Part shown: one piece after another, positions 45,374 through 58,984 of the stretch
Layout of the letters: each line of letters begins with the position of its first letter
How positions within the stretch are numbered: the first letter of the stretch is position 1
From: Macrostomum lignano
Taxonomy: Eukaryota
Assembly: GCA_002269645.1 (NCBI GenBank)
Contig: NIVC01003325.1
Coordinates: 1 to 64,000 of the forward strand
Length of the DNA: 64,000 nucleotides
Reading direction: 5' to 3'
Position numbers and translations under genes: made by a program
Notes under the pieces: model-generated
Seen by the model: only the letters and a program-made list of their open reading frames with translations
Database searches by the model: none
Told to the model about the DNA's origin: nothing

Positions 45374-48300
45374 ATGTCAGCCCATGGAAAATCTTCTGCA
45401 GCCCCTCATGTAGCCGCCAATGCAGCTCCTAGCGGTGACAAGGCCGACCCATTTCGCAACCGCAATGAGCTGAAGGCGAGCAAAAAACCGAAGCGCTCGC
45501 ACGGCTCGTCGCATTATCGACCGAAAGCCCCAACTGAGCTGAACGCGCTGCCGCCGCTGAAAGATGCAACCAGCGCTGATCAGATTGAACTGTTCCAGCA
45601 GAAGCTGCAGCAGTGCCGAGTTGTGTTCGACTTCAGCGACCCCGTGTCCGATCTGAAATCGAAAGAGGTTAAACGGACCTGCCTGAATGAACTGGTTTAC
45701 TTTGTCACTGTCACTAGGGGCGTGCTGCAGGACTCAACTTATCCAGAGATTATACGAATGGTGAGGAAATTTCAGTATTCAAGCCTGACAAGTGACATTT
45801 AAGCATTCCCCTGAGTCTTGGCATCTCAGCATTCCCCCCTGTGTGTCTTGGCATCTCGGCAATCCCCCCTGTGTGTCTTGGCATCTCAGCGTTCCCCTCT
45901 GTGAGTCTTGGCATCTCAGCTATTCCCCCTGTGAGTCTTGGCATCTCAGCTATTCCCCTCTGTGAGTCTTGGCATCTCAGCTATTCCCCTCTGTGAGTCT
46001 TGGCATCTCAGCTATTCCCCCTGTGAGTCTTGGCATCTCAGCTATTCCCCTCTGTGAGTCTTGGCATCTCAGCTATTCCCCTCTGTGAGTCTTGGCATCT
46101 CAGCTATTCCCCTCTGTGAGTCTTGGCATCTCAGCATTCCCTTCCCCCCCCCTGAGTCTTGGCATCTCAACATCCCCCCCCCCCTGAGTCTTGGCATCTC
46201 AGCATCCCCAAATCATGAAACGAGAGATTCAAGTAAATTGGGGCCTTATTGCGCAAGTTGGCTTTTAGTCTAAGAAACTAGAAATCCCTGGTCTGGATGG
46301 AGTGCTCCCAATGGTTGACTTATATTTGACATAATTTTTTCTCTTTATCCCTCCTACGCCTCATCTTTTCTCTCCCTAAAGTGCCCATTTACAAGTACAA
46401 AAATTTTCCTTACCCCCGCCAATGTACAAATGTACAAATGTACACATGCTTGGGTCACAAAGCCACCCACCCCTCCCCAACCCCCCGCCAATTTACAAAT
46501 GTACAAATGTACACATGCTTGGATCATAAAGCCGCCCATCCCCTCCCCCAATCCGCAGATTGCGTGCAACATTTTCCGCAATCTGCCTCCGTCCGACAAC
46601 GCCGAGTTCGATCCAGATGAGGATGATCCAACATTGGAGGCTTCTTGGCCACATCTGCAGGTCTGCTATAGCCTTTATAAATCGTTTAATAACAATGCCT
46701 TAAAATGAAAGAAGTCTCCGAATGACCTGATTTCATAATATTCTAGTTCATCTACGAATTCTTTCTGCGCGTACTGGAGTCGCCAGATTTCCAACCTTCC
46801 GTGGCTAAAAAGTACATCGACCAGCGGTTCGTACTGCAGGTGTGTTAATAATGAAATGTTAATGTTAAAGTAACAAAATCAGATATTGATATGTCAACTA
46901 CTCTACTGTTAGTAGAAATTCAAGTAAATGAATAGCAAAACATAAAACACGATAGCCATTTGCTTGTTCATCTACTGTTAGTAGAAATGCGAGTAAATAA
47001 ATAGCAAAACATTAAACACGATAGCCATTTGCTTGTTCATCTACTGTTAGTAGAAATGCGAGTAAATGAATAGCAAAACATTAAACACGATAGCCATTTG
47101 CTTGTTCATATACTGTTAGTAGCAATGCAAGAAAAATATGGCAAAAACTTTTAACTGTTACTAAGATTTACATTGAACTGATCTGACAGTCTGATCACTT
47201 ATCCCAATTTAATAATCCCTCTTCAAACCTCAGCTCCTCGAACTATTCGACAGCGAAGATCCTCGAGAGCGCGACTTTTTGAAAACTGTTCTCCACCGAA
47301 TCTATGGCAAATTTCTCGGCCTGAGAGCTTTCATTAGGAAGCAGATTAATAATATTTTCCTGCGGTTCATCTATCAGACTGAGAAGTTCAATGGTATTGG
47401 CGAGTTGCTTGAGATTCTGGGCAGCATCATCAATGGATTTGCGCTGCCGTTGAAGGCTGAGCACAAGCAGTTCCTCATGAAGGTGCTGCTGCCGCTGCAC
47501 AAGGCCAAGTCTCTCGGCATGTTTCACGCCCAGCTGGCCTACTGTGTAGTGCAGTTCCTTGAGAAGGACTCAACCCTCACCGAGCCGGTGGTGCTGGGGC
47601 TGCTCAAGTTCTGGCCCAGGACAGTCAGCTCCAAGGAGGTGATGTACCTCGGCGAGATTGAAGAGATTCTGGACGTGATCGAGCCGGCCCAGTTTGAGAA
47701 GATTATGAGACCGCTGTTTAGACAGGTGGCCCGGTCTGTGGGCAGCTCGCATTTTCAGGTAGGAACTCGTGCTTCTCTTTCTGTAAGGTATTGCATTACG
47801 GTTAGATAAGGCATGTTGTATGAATGCGTTGGCTGCGTTTTGCTGTCTGAGTAGCTTTTAGATACCTAGGATAGTTTTTAAAAACCTTTGGAAGTAGATA
47901 GGGTAGTTGGTAGTCACCTAGGGTAGTTTGTAAGTACTTAGGGTAGTTTATAGACAACTAGGGTAGTTTATAGACACCTAGGGTAGTTTGTAAGTACTTA
48001 GGGTAGTTTGTAAGTACCTAGGCTAGTTTGTAAGTACCTAGGGTAGTTTATAGACACCTAGGGTAGTTTGTAAGTACCTACGGTAGTCTGTAGACACCTA
48101 GGGTATTTTGTAAGTACCTACGGTAGTTTTTAAGCACCTAGGGTAGAATTTAGTACCCGGGGTAGTTTGTAGATACAAGACAATCCGAGTTCTCTAGTAT
48201 GTATTTATTTTCAAAAGCAAGTTACAAGCTAACTGCACCAATCCGCAGGTGGCCGAGCGAGCGGTGCTCTACTGGAACAATGAGTACATTGCATCACTGG

Positions 48301-50534
48301 TTGAGGAGCACAATGAAGTCCTCATGCCCATTCTGTTCCCAGCGTTCTACAGGATTTCGCGCGAGCACTGGAACCAAACCATTGTGGCCATGGTCTACAA
48401 TGTGCTCAAGACCTTTATGGAGATGAACACTAAACTCTTTGATGATCTCACCAACGCCTACAAGAATGAGAGGCAAAAGTGAGTTTGAAAACTTTTCATC
48501 TCTACTATGCGTGCCTGAGAATCTGGCCTTATCCGCCCCTTATCCGCTTTTGAGAATCTGCCCTTATCCGCCCCTTATCCGCTTCTGAGAATCTGCCCTT
48601 ATCCGCCCCTTATCCGCTTCTGAGAATCTGCCCTTACCCGCCCCTTATCCGCTTCTGAGAATCTGCCCTTACCCGCCCCTTATCCGCTTCTGAGAATCTG
48701 CCCTTATCCGCCCCTTATCCGCTTCTGAGAATCTGCCCTTACCCGCCCCTTATCCGCTTCTGAGAATCTGCCCTTACCCGCCCCTTATCCGCTTCTGAGA
48801 ATCTGCCCTTATCCGCCCCTTATCCGCTTCTGAGAATCTGCCCTTATCCGCCCCTTATCCGCTTCTGAGAATCTGCCCTTACCCGCCCCTTATCCGCTTC
48901 TGAGAATGTGCCCTTACCCGCCCCTTATCCGCTTCTGAGAATCTGCCCTTATCCGCCCCTTATCCGCTTCTGAGAATCTGCCCTTATCCTCCCCTGAGAA
49001 TCTCCCTTTATCCGCCCCTTATCCGCCCCTGAGAATCTCCTTTAATCCGCCCCTGAGAATCTCCCCTTATCTGCCCCTGAGAATCTTCCTTTATTCTCCT
49101 CTGAGAATCTCCCTTTATCCGCCCCTTATCCGCCCCTGAGAATCCCCTTTAATCCGCCCCTGAGAATCTCCCCTTATCCGCCCCTGAGAACCTCCCTTTA
49201 TCCGCCCCTGAGAATCTCCCTTATTCGCCCCTGAGAATCTCCCCTTATCCGCCTCTGGGAATCTCCCCTTATCCGCCCTTGAGAATCTCCCCTTATCCGC
49301 CCTTGAGAATCTCCCCTTATCCGCCCTTGAGAATCTTCATTTATTCTCCCCTGAGAACCTCCCCTTATCCGCCCCTGAGAATCTCCCTTATTCGCCCCTG
49401 AGAATCTCCCCTTATCCGCCTCTGGGAATCTCCCCTTATCCGCCCTTGAGAATCTCCACTTATCCGCCCTTGAGAATCTCCCCTTATCCGCCCTTGAGAA
49501 TCTTCATTTATTCTCCCCTGAGAATCTTCATTTATTCTCCCCTGAGAACCTCCCCTTATCCGCCCCTGAGAATCTCCCTTATTCGCCCCTGAGAATCTCC
49601 CCTTATCCGCCTCTGGGAATCTCCCCTTATCCGCCTCTGGGAATCTCCCCTTATCCGCCTCTGGGAATCTCCCCTTATCCGCCTCTGGGAATCTCCCCTT
49701 ATCCGCCCTTGAGAATCTCCCCTTATCCGCCCTTGAGAATCTTCATTTATTCTCCCCTGAGAATCTTCATTTATTCTCCCTTGAGAATCTTCATTTATTC
49801 TCCCCTGAGAATCTCCCCTTATCCGCCTCTGGGAATCTCCCCTTATCCGCCCTTGAGAATCTCCACTTATCCGCCCTTGAGAATCTCCCCTTATCCGCCC
49901 TTGAGAATCTTCATTTATTCTCCCCTGAGAATCTTCATTTATTCTCCCCTGAGAATCTCCACTTATCCGCCCCTGAGAATCTCCCCTTATCCGCCCCTGA
50001 GAATCTCCCCTTATCCGCCTCTGGGAATCTCCCCTTATCCGCCCCTGAGAATCTCCACTTATCCGCCCTTGAGAATTTCCCCTTATCCGCCCCTGAGAAT
50101 CTCCACTTATCCGCCCTTGAGAATTTCCCCTTATCCGCCCCTGAGAATCTCCACTTATCCGCCCTTGAGAATTTCCCCTTATCCGCCCCTGAGAATCTCC
50201 ACTTATCCGCCCTTGAGAATTTCCCCTTATCCGCCCCTGAGAATCTCCACTTATCCGCCCTTGAGAATTTCCCCTTATCCGCCCCTGAGAATCTCCCCTT
50301 ATCCGCCTCTGGGAATCTCCCCTTATCCGCCCCTGAGAATCTCCACTTATCCGCCCTTGAGAATTTCCCCTTATCCGCCCCTGAGGATATCCACTTATCC
50401 GTCCCAGGAATTTTCCAATCCTCTGGCCAATAAATTTCAACTATTTTGCGGCATCAAATGTCTTCAGAGAGCGAAAGCGGGAGAAGGACCGGGACGACTT
50501 GCTGCGAAAGTTCGACGATATTCGCGTGAAATGA
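45374..50534 (+). CDS. PPP2R5: PP2A regulatory subunit B' (B56), alpha/epsilon/widerborst-like
   Basis: Exons 45374-45760 (acceptor at 45335), 46559-46660, 46747-46839, 47234-47758, 48249-48478, 50468-50534 (TGA), phases compatible. Motifs [52 protein letters not shown]. Confidence 0.97.
45790..46205 (+). repeat. 30-31-bp minisatellite GTGAGTCTTGGCATCTCAGCTATTCCCCCT (B56 intron 1)
   Basis: Direct inspection. Confidence 0.95.
46900..47150. repeat. ~66-bp tandem repeat (3-4 copies, CTACTGTTAGTAGAAATG...)
   Basis: Direct inspection. Confidence 0.85.
47900..48178. repeat. 20-bp minisatellite CCTAGGGTAGTTTGTAAGTA
   Basis: Direct inspection. Confidence 0.9.
48510..50400. repeat. Minisatellite with a 34-bp unit changing to a related 24-bp unit (GAGAATCTCCCCTTATCCGCCCCT)
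   Basis: Direct inspection. Confidence 0.95.
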
Positions 50535-51454
50535 AAATATGAAAATGTTGTCATATTAAAATGTTTACCTCTTTCGTTTAGAAGAACAAATTTCAATTGA
50601 ATGGTATGCGTTTGTTTCTAGTGCACAGGAACTTGTACTTTGTCTAATTAAGCAACTCTGAACTCTGGCAGTTCTGATAGAATTTGACCTTCAATTTTTC
50701 ACATGCCACAATTTAATTTTGGTAGCTTAGTACAAAAAATGCTTACAACATTCGCGCAACTCTACTTTGTAGTGTTATAAGTAGTAGACATGTAAATTTA
50801 ACAGTAGACATGTAATTCTGGTTGTTTCTGACAATTCAGCTATATATATGTATAGTAGCAGTCTTCAAGTTGTGCCATGCTTCTCCAATATAGTGGTTTT
50901 TCGATACATATCGGCCAGTAGAAATCATATAATTATTTGTTGCTCAACTAAAATTTTTTTTCAAATGCAAATTTTAAATTAGTTTTTTTCAATTTATAAT
51001 CGAGTTAATCTACTTTGCTGCCTACTCAATCAGTAGTGTGTTTAGTGCATAGCTGCTATACTTTTAGCGTCCTCTATTGCCAGTCTGTTTTCTATAAGTG
51101 TTTAATATGACCATATATAACTTCCTGCGTATCTGTGTGCTTGTGCGTGTTGTGTTTTGTACACCAAATTTTGTATTGGACTCTGAGATAGTGCAGATTG
51201 ATAATTATTATTGCTTTACAATTATAATGCGTCTTATCTGTTAGCAAAGTTCAACAATTGACCTGTGCTGTCAGTAAGCAAATATATTTTTGTGAAGCTG
51301 TGCGACTCTGTAGATGGGGAGTTCTTTTCTTAACGCTTTGCACACTAAAGCCACTTGAAAGTGTGTTGCTTCTTACTAGCAATTCTGAAGCCGTCTTATC
51401 ACTTACTCGCTCTTGCTCCTTTTTTAATTCCTGGACACGACTCAGTTTCCTCCT

Positions 51455-52330
51455 TTGCCTAAATATCCCCTGTCCCTGTCTCCCCTGTCTCTGTCTCCCC
51501 TGTCCCTTCTCCCCTCTCTCTGTCTCCCCTGTCCTTGTCTTCCCTGTCTCCCCTGTCCCTGTCTCCCCTGTCCCTGTCTCCCCTGTCCCTGTCTCCCTTG
51601 TCCCTGTCTCCCCTGTCCCTTCTCCCCTGTCTCTGTCTCCCCTGTCCTTGTCTTCCCTGTCTCCCCTGTCCCTGTCTCCCTTGTCCCTGTCTCCCCTGTC
51701 CCTTCTCCCCTCTCTCTGTCTCCCCTGTCCTTGTCTTCCCTGTCTCCCCTGTCCCTGTCTCCCCTGTCCCTGTCTCCCTTGTCCCTGTCTCCCCTGTCCC
51801 TTCTCCCCTGTCTCTGTCTCCCCTGTCCTTGTCTTCCCTGTCTCCCCTGTCCTTGTCTTCCCTGTCTCCCCTGTCCCTGTCTCCCTTGTCCCTGTCTCCC
51901 CTGTCCCTTCTCCCCTCTCTCTGTCTCCCCTGTCCTTGTCTTCCCTGTCTCCCCTGTCCCTGTCTCCCCTGTCCCTGTCTCCCCTGTCCCTGTCTCCCTG
52001 TCCCTGTCTCCCTTGTCCCTGTCTCCCCTGTCCCTTCTCCCCGTCCCTTCTCCCCTGTCTCTGTCTCCCCTGTCCTTGTCTTCCCTGTCTCCCCTGTCCC
52101 TGTCTCCCTTGTCCCTGTCTCCCCTGTCCCTTCTCCCCTGTCTCTGTCTCTCCTGTCCTTGTCTTCCCTGTCTCCCCTGTCCCTGTCTCCCTTGTCCCTG
52201 TCTCCCCTGTCCCTGTCTTCCCTGTCTCTGTCTCCCCTGTCCTTGTCTTCCCTGTCCCTGTCTCCCCTGTCTCTGTCTCCCCTGTCCTTGTCTTCCCTGT
52301 CTCTGTCTCCCCTGTCCCTGTCTCCTCTGT
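51455..52330. repeat. Pyrimidine-rich CCCTGTCTC-type repeat
   Basis: Direct inspection. Confidence 0.95.
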
Positions 52331-52344
52331 CTGTTTTTAGCCCA

Positions 52345-52540
52345 GCGGTGATGCGCCAGCGGCCCAGGCTCGATTCCAAGTGCCTTCACATTAATTTGTG
52401 CCTAAATTCCTCGGCTTGGCTCTGCTCTTGCAACAAACAGTCTTGAAGGCCAAACCCAGAGGCACAGCGAAGTGTACATGCCTTACGATTTATAAAGTTA
52501 GGGCCGCTTTATACATCTATATAGGGTGCAGTGCCTGCTT
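52345..52540 (+). mobile_element. SINE family A, copy 3
   Basis: GGCTCGATTCCAAG B-box-like motif followed by CTCGGCTTGGCTCTGCTC and GAAGTGTACATGCC, the reverse complement of copies 1 and 2. Confidence 0.55.
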
Positions 52541-52914
52541 AAGACAAGATCCATGTAGATTAATGGATTCGAATCCCGATCACAGATTTTTTAATTCTCT
52601 AGGCAGACGTTTATCAACTCCCACACACTAAATTTACACTGCCAGAACCTGGTTTGGATTCTCCAGTTGGCATCCGCGCAGCTTTATCCAAAAATGTAGA
52701 GAATTTTGTGCAAACTTCTGTTAGTCATTTGTTTCCTACCTAAACCCAGGTTGAGTTCATTTGAACAAAACTCATCCGGTTGACATCAACATGTAGCAGC
52801 AGCCAATATTGGTGAGAGTTTGCATCCGGCATCGAATTCCTGTTTTCTGACTAAGTCGATGTGTTCATTGGTTACAGAGATTCGTTGCTTGAGCAGCGCA
52901 GAGACTAAAATTCT

Positions 52915-53592
52915 GCGGCTCACGGGGAATTGCTGAGATGTCAAGGCTCACGGGGAATTTGCTGAGATGTCAAGGCTCACGGGGAATTGCTGAGATGTCA
53001 AGGCTCACGGGTAATCGCTGAGATGTCAAGGCTCACGGGGAATTTGCTGAGATGTCAAGGCTCACGGGGAATTGCTGAGATGTCAAGGCTCACGGGTAAT
53101 CGCTGAGATGTCATGATGCTCATGGGGAATTGCTGAGATGTCAAGGCTCACGGGTAATCGCTGAGATGTCATGGCTCATGGGGAATTGCTGAGATGTCAA
53201 GGCTCACGGGGAATTGCTGAGATGTCAAGGCTCACGGGTAATCGCTGAGATGTCAAGGCTCACGGGGAAATTGCTGAGATGTCAAGGCTCATGGGGAATT
53301 GCTGAGATGTCATGGCTCATGGGGAATTGCTGAGATGTCAAGGCTCACGGGGAATTGCTGAGATGTCAAGGCTCACGGGGAATTGCTGAGATGTCAAGGC
53401 TCATGGGAAATTGCTGAGATGTCAAGGCTCATGGGAAATTGCTGAGATGTCAAGGCTCATGGGAAATTGCTGAGATGTCAAGGCTTACGGGGAATTGCTG
53501 AAATGTCAAGGCTCATGGGGAATTGCTGAGATGTCAAGGCTCATGGGGAATTGCTGAGATGTCAAGGCTCACGGGGAATTGCTGAGATGTCA
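52915..53592 (-). repeat. 28-bp minisatellite CACGGGGAATTGCTGAGATGTCAAGGCT, inverted relative of 45790-46205
   Basis: Its reverse complement AGCCTTGACATCTCAGCAATTCCCCGTG aligns with AGTCTTGGCATCTCAGCTATTCCCCCTGTG. Confidence 0.92.
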
Positions 53593-54149
53593 ATGAAGTC
53601 CATGAGGAATTGTTGGGAGTTAGGAAAAATCATTTTCTGTAAGATAACCAAACATAACAATAGCGACTGACTAAGATCAAAACCCACAGATTATGAAAAT
53701 AATTTAATTAATTACTTCTTTGTTGCCTCCAGTCTATATTTAACGTTGCAATTGTATCGTCAGAGAAGCGGTAAAAATAGAATTAAGGAAGGTGGAGTAA
53801 ATTTATTAATAAATTAATTAAGAAGCCATATATACTCAAAAAGAAGAAAATCTAACCGATTGAATTAAAGCAAAAAAACAAAACCAAAGTGCAGTATTTG
53901 ATAGGAAAAAGTATTTTATGCGTTATTTAGTCAAACCGTTTACGTAGTCAAAACGACTGGATTTTAATATGCACTTCAATTTTAGAACAGAGACTTATGT
54001 AGTATAGAGAGTTTACCGAAATCTTTCTTGCACTTGAAGTTAGACCTAAGCAAAATATAGGTGTATCAAGCTATTTAGAAATAAAATTTTCCATTGAAAA
54101 CACAGTAAAGTGCAATTACAGCATACACTCACTATAGCACTATGCAGAT

Positions 54150-55070
54150 ACAGTCTGCACCACCCACTCAGAGCCACCACCCACTCAGCTGCACCACCCA
54201 CTCAGAGTCACCACCCACTCAGAGTCACAACCCACTCCGATCAGCATCACCACCCACTCAGAGTCACCACCCACTCAGAGCCACCACCCACTCAGCTGCA
54301 CCACCCACTCAGTCACCACCCACTCAGTCACCACCCACTCAGGGCCACCACCCACTCAGCTGCACCACCCACTCAGTCACCACCCACTCAGCATCACCAC
54401 CCACTCAGAGTCACCACCCACTCAGAGTCACAACCCACTCCGATCAGCATCACCACCCACTCAGAGTCACCACCCACTCAGAGTCACAACCCACTCCGAT
54501 CAGCATCACCACCCACTCAGAGTCACCACCCACTCAGAGTCACAACCCACTCCGATCAGCATCACCACCCACTTAGAGTCACTAACCACTCAGTTACACC
54601 ACCCACTCAGGGTCACCACCCACTCAGTTACACCACCCACTCAGTTACACCACCCACTCAGTTACACCACCCACTCAGTTACACCACCCACTCAGGGTCA
54701 CCACCCACTCAGTTACACCACCCACTCAGTTACACCACCCACTCAGTTACACCACCCACTCAGTTACACCACCCACTCAGTTACACCACCCACTCAGCTG
54801 CACCACCCACTCAGTTACACCACCCACTCAGTTATACCACTCACTCAGTTACACCACCCACTCAGTTATACCACTCACTCAGTTACACCACCCACTCAGT
54901 TACACCACCCACTCAGCTGCACCACCCACTCAGTTACACCACCCACTCAGTTACACCACCCACTCAGTTACACCACCCACTCAGTTACACCACCCACTCA
55001 GTTACACCACCCACTCAGTTACACCACCCACTCAGTTACACCACCCACTCAGGGTCACCACCCGCTCAGC
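54150..55070. repeat. ~17-bp minisatellite CACCACCCACTCAGTTA and variants
   Basis: Direct inspection. Confidence 0.95.
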
Positions 55071-55106
55071 ATCTCTTCACCATCCAGTTGCTATCCGAAC
55101 TCGGAG

Positions 55107-58100
55107 CTACTCGAACTCGTTGACCAGCTTAAAGAACTCTGTGGCGATGAAGCCAGTCGGGAGGCTGGGAGGTCCGAACAGCAGGCAGCTACCGGATCCC
55201 GGAATGACCAGAGCGAACAGGCAGGCAGGCTGCAGGCGGAAGCACTGCATCAGGCAGTCAATGGGGGATCTGACGTGCAGGCCGGACCAATCATGGGCTA
55301 CAAGCACGCTTGATGTAGCAGAGAAGCTGGGCTGCACATCGCTGGCGTAGAGAGAAGCGCCTTTGGCCACTGAATTCGGATTGCAGTGTGCTCAATAATC
55401 AGTGAGATTGCAGTGTGTGTGCTCAATAATCAGTGAGATTGCAGTGTGCTCAATAATCAGTGAGATTGCAGTGTGCTCAATAATCAGTGAGATTGCAGTG
55501 TGCTCAATAATCAGTGAGATTGCAGTGTGTGCTCAATAATCAGTGAGATTGCAGTGTGCTCAATAATCAGTGAGATTGCAGTGTGTGCTCAATAATCAGT
55601 GAGAGTGCAGTGTGTGTGCTCAATAATCAGTGAGATTGCAGTGTGTGCTCAATAATCAGTGAGATTGCAGTGTGCTCAATAATCAGTGAGAGTGCAGTGT
55701 GTGTGCTCAATAATCAGTGAGATTGCAGCTCAATAATCAGTGAGATTGCAGTGTGCTCAATAATCAGTGAGATTGCAGTGTGTGCTCAATAATCAGTGAG
55801 ATTGCAGTGTGCTCAATAATCAGTGAGATTGCAGTGTGTGCTCAATAATCAGTGAGAGTGCAGTGTGTGTGCTCAATAATCAGTGAGATTGCAGTGTGCT
55901 CAATAATCAGTGAGAGTGCAGTGTGTGCTCAATAATCAGTGAGATTGCAGTGTGCTCAATAATCAGTGAGATTGCAGTGTGTGCTCAATAATCAGTGAGA
56001 TTGCAGTGTGTGCTCAATAATCAGTGAGATTGCAGTGTGCTCAATAATCAGTGAGATTGCAGTGTGCTCAATAATCAGTGAGATTGCAGTGTGCTCAATA
56101 ATCAGTGAGATTGCAGTGTGTGCTCAATAATCAGTGAGATTGCAGTGTGTGTGCTCAATAATCAGTGTCATTGCAGTGTGCCCAGTAATAAATCATTCTT
56201 TACAAATATATTCAGGTGACAAAACAAGCCAGAAGACGGTCTCACCAGCAAAGATGTCCATTTCATAGAAGTGAATGTACCTGAGATTCGCGTCAGCAAC
56301 AGCGGTGACATTCATGTACAAGGCGAGATACCTGCCCACAATGAGCCGCGTGCAGTTGATGCTGATTGGCCTCTCAGCGGCAGTTGGCACGTGTGTGTAG
56401 TAAAAGCAGGTGTCGAAGAGGTCTTTGTTGAATGCAGACCACACGGCTGGGTTGTTGGTCACTCCTGGATGGGGTGTGCGGCGTGAAACATGAAAAACAC
56501 TCAGATCTGTGCTACATGTAGCTTAGCTAGGCTTGGCATGGGAGGAGCGATCAGAGGGGCGAGTCAAAAACAGACTCATAGAAGCCCTCACACAGGGTTT
56601 CGATAGCGTAATTTTGTTGTTTATTGTTTTCGATTCTGATATTGTGCTGTAGTTTTGCATTGTTTTTTAGGTGTTTTGCTGTCGCTTTTGTTGTCGCTTT
56701 TGTTGTCGCTTTTGTTGTTGCTTTTATTGTTGCTTTTGTTGTCGCTTTTGTTGTTGCTTTTGCTGTCGCTTTTGTTGTTGCTTTTGCTGTCGCTTTTGTT
56801 GTCGCTTTTGCTGTCGCTTTTGTTGTTGCTTTTGCTGTCGCTTTTGTTGTTGCTTTTGCTGTCGCTTTTGTTGTCGCTTTTGCTGTCGCTTTTGTTGTTG
56901 CTTTTGCTGTCGCTTTTGTTGTTGCTTTTGCTGTCGCTTTTGTTGTTGCTTTTGCTGTCGCTTTTGTTGTTGCTTTTGCTGTCGCTTTTGTTGTCGCTTT
57001 TGCTGTCGCTTTTGTTGTTGCTTTTGTTGTCGCTTTTGCTGTCGCTTTTGCTGTCGCTTTGTTGTCGCTTTTGTTGTCGCTTTTGCTGTCGCTTTGTTGT
57101 CGCTTTTGTTGTCGCTTTTGCTGTCGCTTTTGTTGTCGCTTTGTTGTTGCTTTTGTTGTCGCTTTTGTTGTCGCTTTGTTGTCGCTTTTGCTGTCGCTTT
57201 TGTTGTCGCTTTGTTGTTGCTTTTGTTGTCGCTTTTGTTGTCGCTTTGTTGTCGCTTTTTCTGTTGCTTTTTTTGTCGCTTTGTTGTCGCTTTTGTTATT
57301 GAATTTTTTGCAGATTTGTATTTACGCTTGTTTTAGTTTTCTTGTTACTTTTTTGTAGTTTTGTAGTTAATTTTGTCGTTGTTCTGTTGTCGTTTTGTGT
57401 CGTTTTGTTGCTGCCTTTGTTGTTATTGCTGTAAAGAGTAATCTCTGTATTTAATGAAAAAAATGATTTTTTGCTTTCTCGTGTCTTTACTTTTCCCGTT
57501 GCTATTTCTGCAACTGTGATGAAAGCTGCTCACCGATGACTATCTTGGAGAATCTTTTTGACCATCTGTCCGGTCGGTTCCAGACCCGAACACCGAAGAT
57601 GGCGTACGGCAGGGACAGGTCCAGCATCAGCCACGGCTGCGGGTCCCAAGGCCTGGTGTGAAACAGTCTTCCACTCGTGGCTCCGTCGTTCACCTGAATG
57701 GGGTTCGCTGATCTCCGATGCGTGGAGGAGGCCCTAACCGGCCTGTTCTTTGGCACCTGGGTCAGCTCGAAGCCTGCGAAGTGAGTGACGGTTTTTAATT
57801 GGTTTGACGATCTATTATGATCTACCGTGATCTACTGTAGTCCAACATGATCTACCGTGATCTACTGTAGTCCAACATGATCTACCGTGATCTACAGTAG
57901 ATCCAACATGATCTACCGTGATCTACTGTAGTCCAACATGATCTACCGTGATAGAATTTGATATAGCTACTGTGGTTTACCTTAATCTATCTTAAACTCC
58001 TGTGATCTACCGTCATTTTCTGTGATCTACCGTCATTTTCTGTGATCTACCGTCATTTTCTGTGATCTACCGTCATTTTCTGTGATCTACCGTCATTTTC

Positions 58101-58767
58101 TGTGATCTACCGCAATCTACCGTGATCTTCTGTGATCTACTGTGATCTACCGCGATTTTCTGTGATCTACCGCAATCTACCAAGATCTATTTTGGCAGCA
58201 TGTGGTTTTTAACTCGCACTGAAACGCCCACTCGAAGGGGGGAAATGGATGGAAACCTGACTTTTACTTTAATTGATGGTTAAGACAAAGCTAAAACAAA
58301 AATGCTTTTCAAAACAGCGATTGCAGGAAATTGGAAGAGATTTGGTTGGCAACCATTAGCGATGCATTTTGCCTTCGCTTCCTGCCGTTCATATTTGCAG
58401 ATTGTCTGTCTGTCACCTAAAATCACCTTCAAACCCGGGTTGCCTTACCGCAATCCGACATCGGTGACAAACATGACAACCCCCAAGATACTCTACCCCT
58501 ACCTTCCTTCCTACCTACCTACCTACCTACCTACCAACCAACCTACCAACCTACCTACCTACCTACCTACCTACCTACCTACCTACCTACCTACCTACCA
58601 ACCTACCTACCTACCTATCTACCTATGTTCCTATCTGCCTACCTACCAGCCTTTTCGCAGAGGCCAAAGCAACAAAGACAAGAATCTCACTCACCAGTCA
58701 CAGCCGCAAAGCAAATATGCCCGACCAACAGTCCGTAAAAAAGTTGGTGGCCGAACTTCACTTTCAT
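55107..58767 (-). CDS. Secreted F-type lectin (fucolectin-like) domain + PAN/apple-like domain protein
   Basis: Exons 58767-58695 (signal peptide [24 protein letters not shown]), 57773-57534, 56464-56246, 55369-55107, all phase 1 and compatible. [39 protein letters not shown]; then [14 protein letters not shown]. Confidence 0.85.
55380..56180. repeat. 25-29-bp minisatellite GTGTGCTCAATAATCAGTGAGATTGCA
   Basis: Direct inspection. Confidence 0.95.
56680..57300. repeat. 12-bp repeat TTTTGTTGTCGC
   Basis: Direct inspection. Confidence 0.95.
57815..58647. repeat. TGATCTACCG-based arrays (57815-58190) and (CCTA)n (58500-58647)
   Basis: Direct inspection. Confidence 0.9.
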
Positions 58768-58984
58768 TTCCTTTAGAAAAGTTTTTACGTCGTAAAGGAA
58801 TTCGGATCCGATGGTAAAGCTGTTGCAGCTGTTTAATGTGACCTGCTCTTAAATTTCCTGAAACTGCAGTATCTGACTCTTCTTTATCCAATGCCCCCAT
58901 TCCCATTGGATCGGCATTGCAAACTCAATGCCTTCATTTCTGCTCAGGCAGTAGCTACCTCTGTGTTGGTCTTGAGCAAACAAA

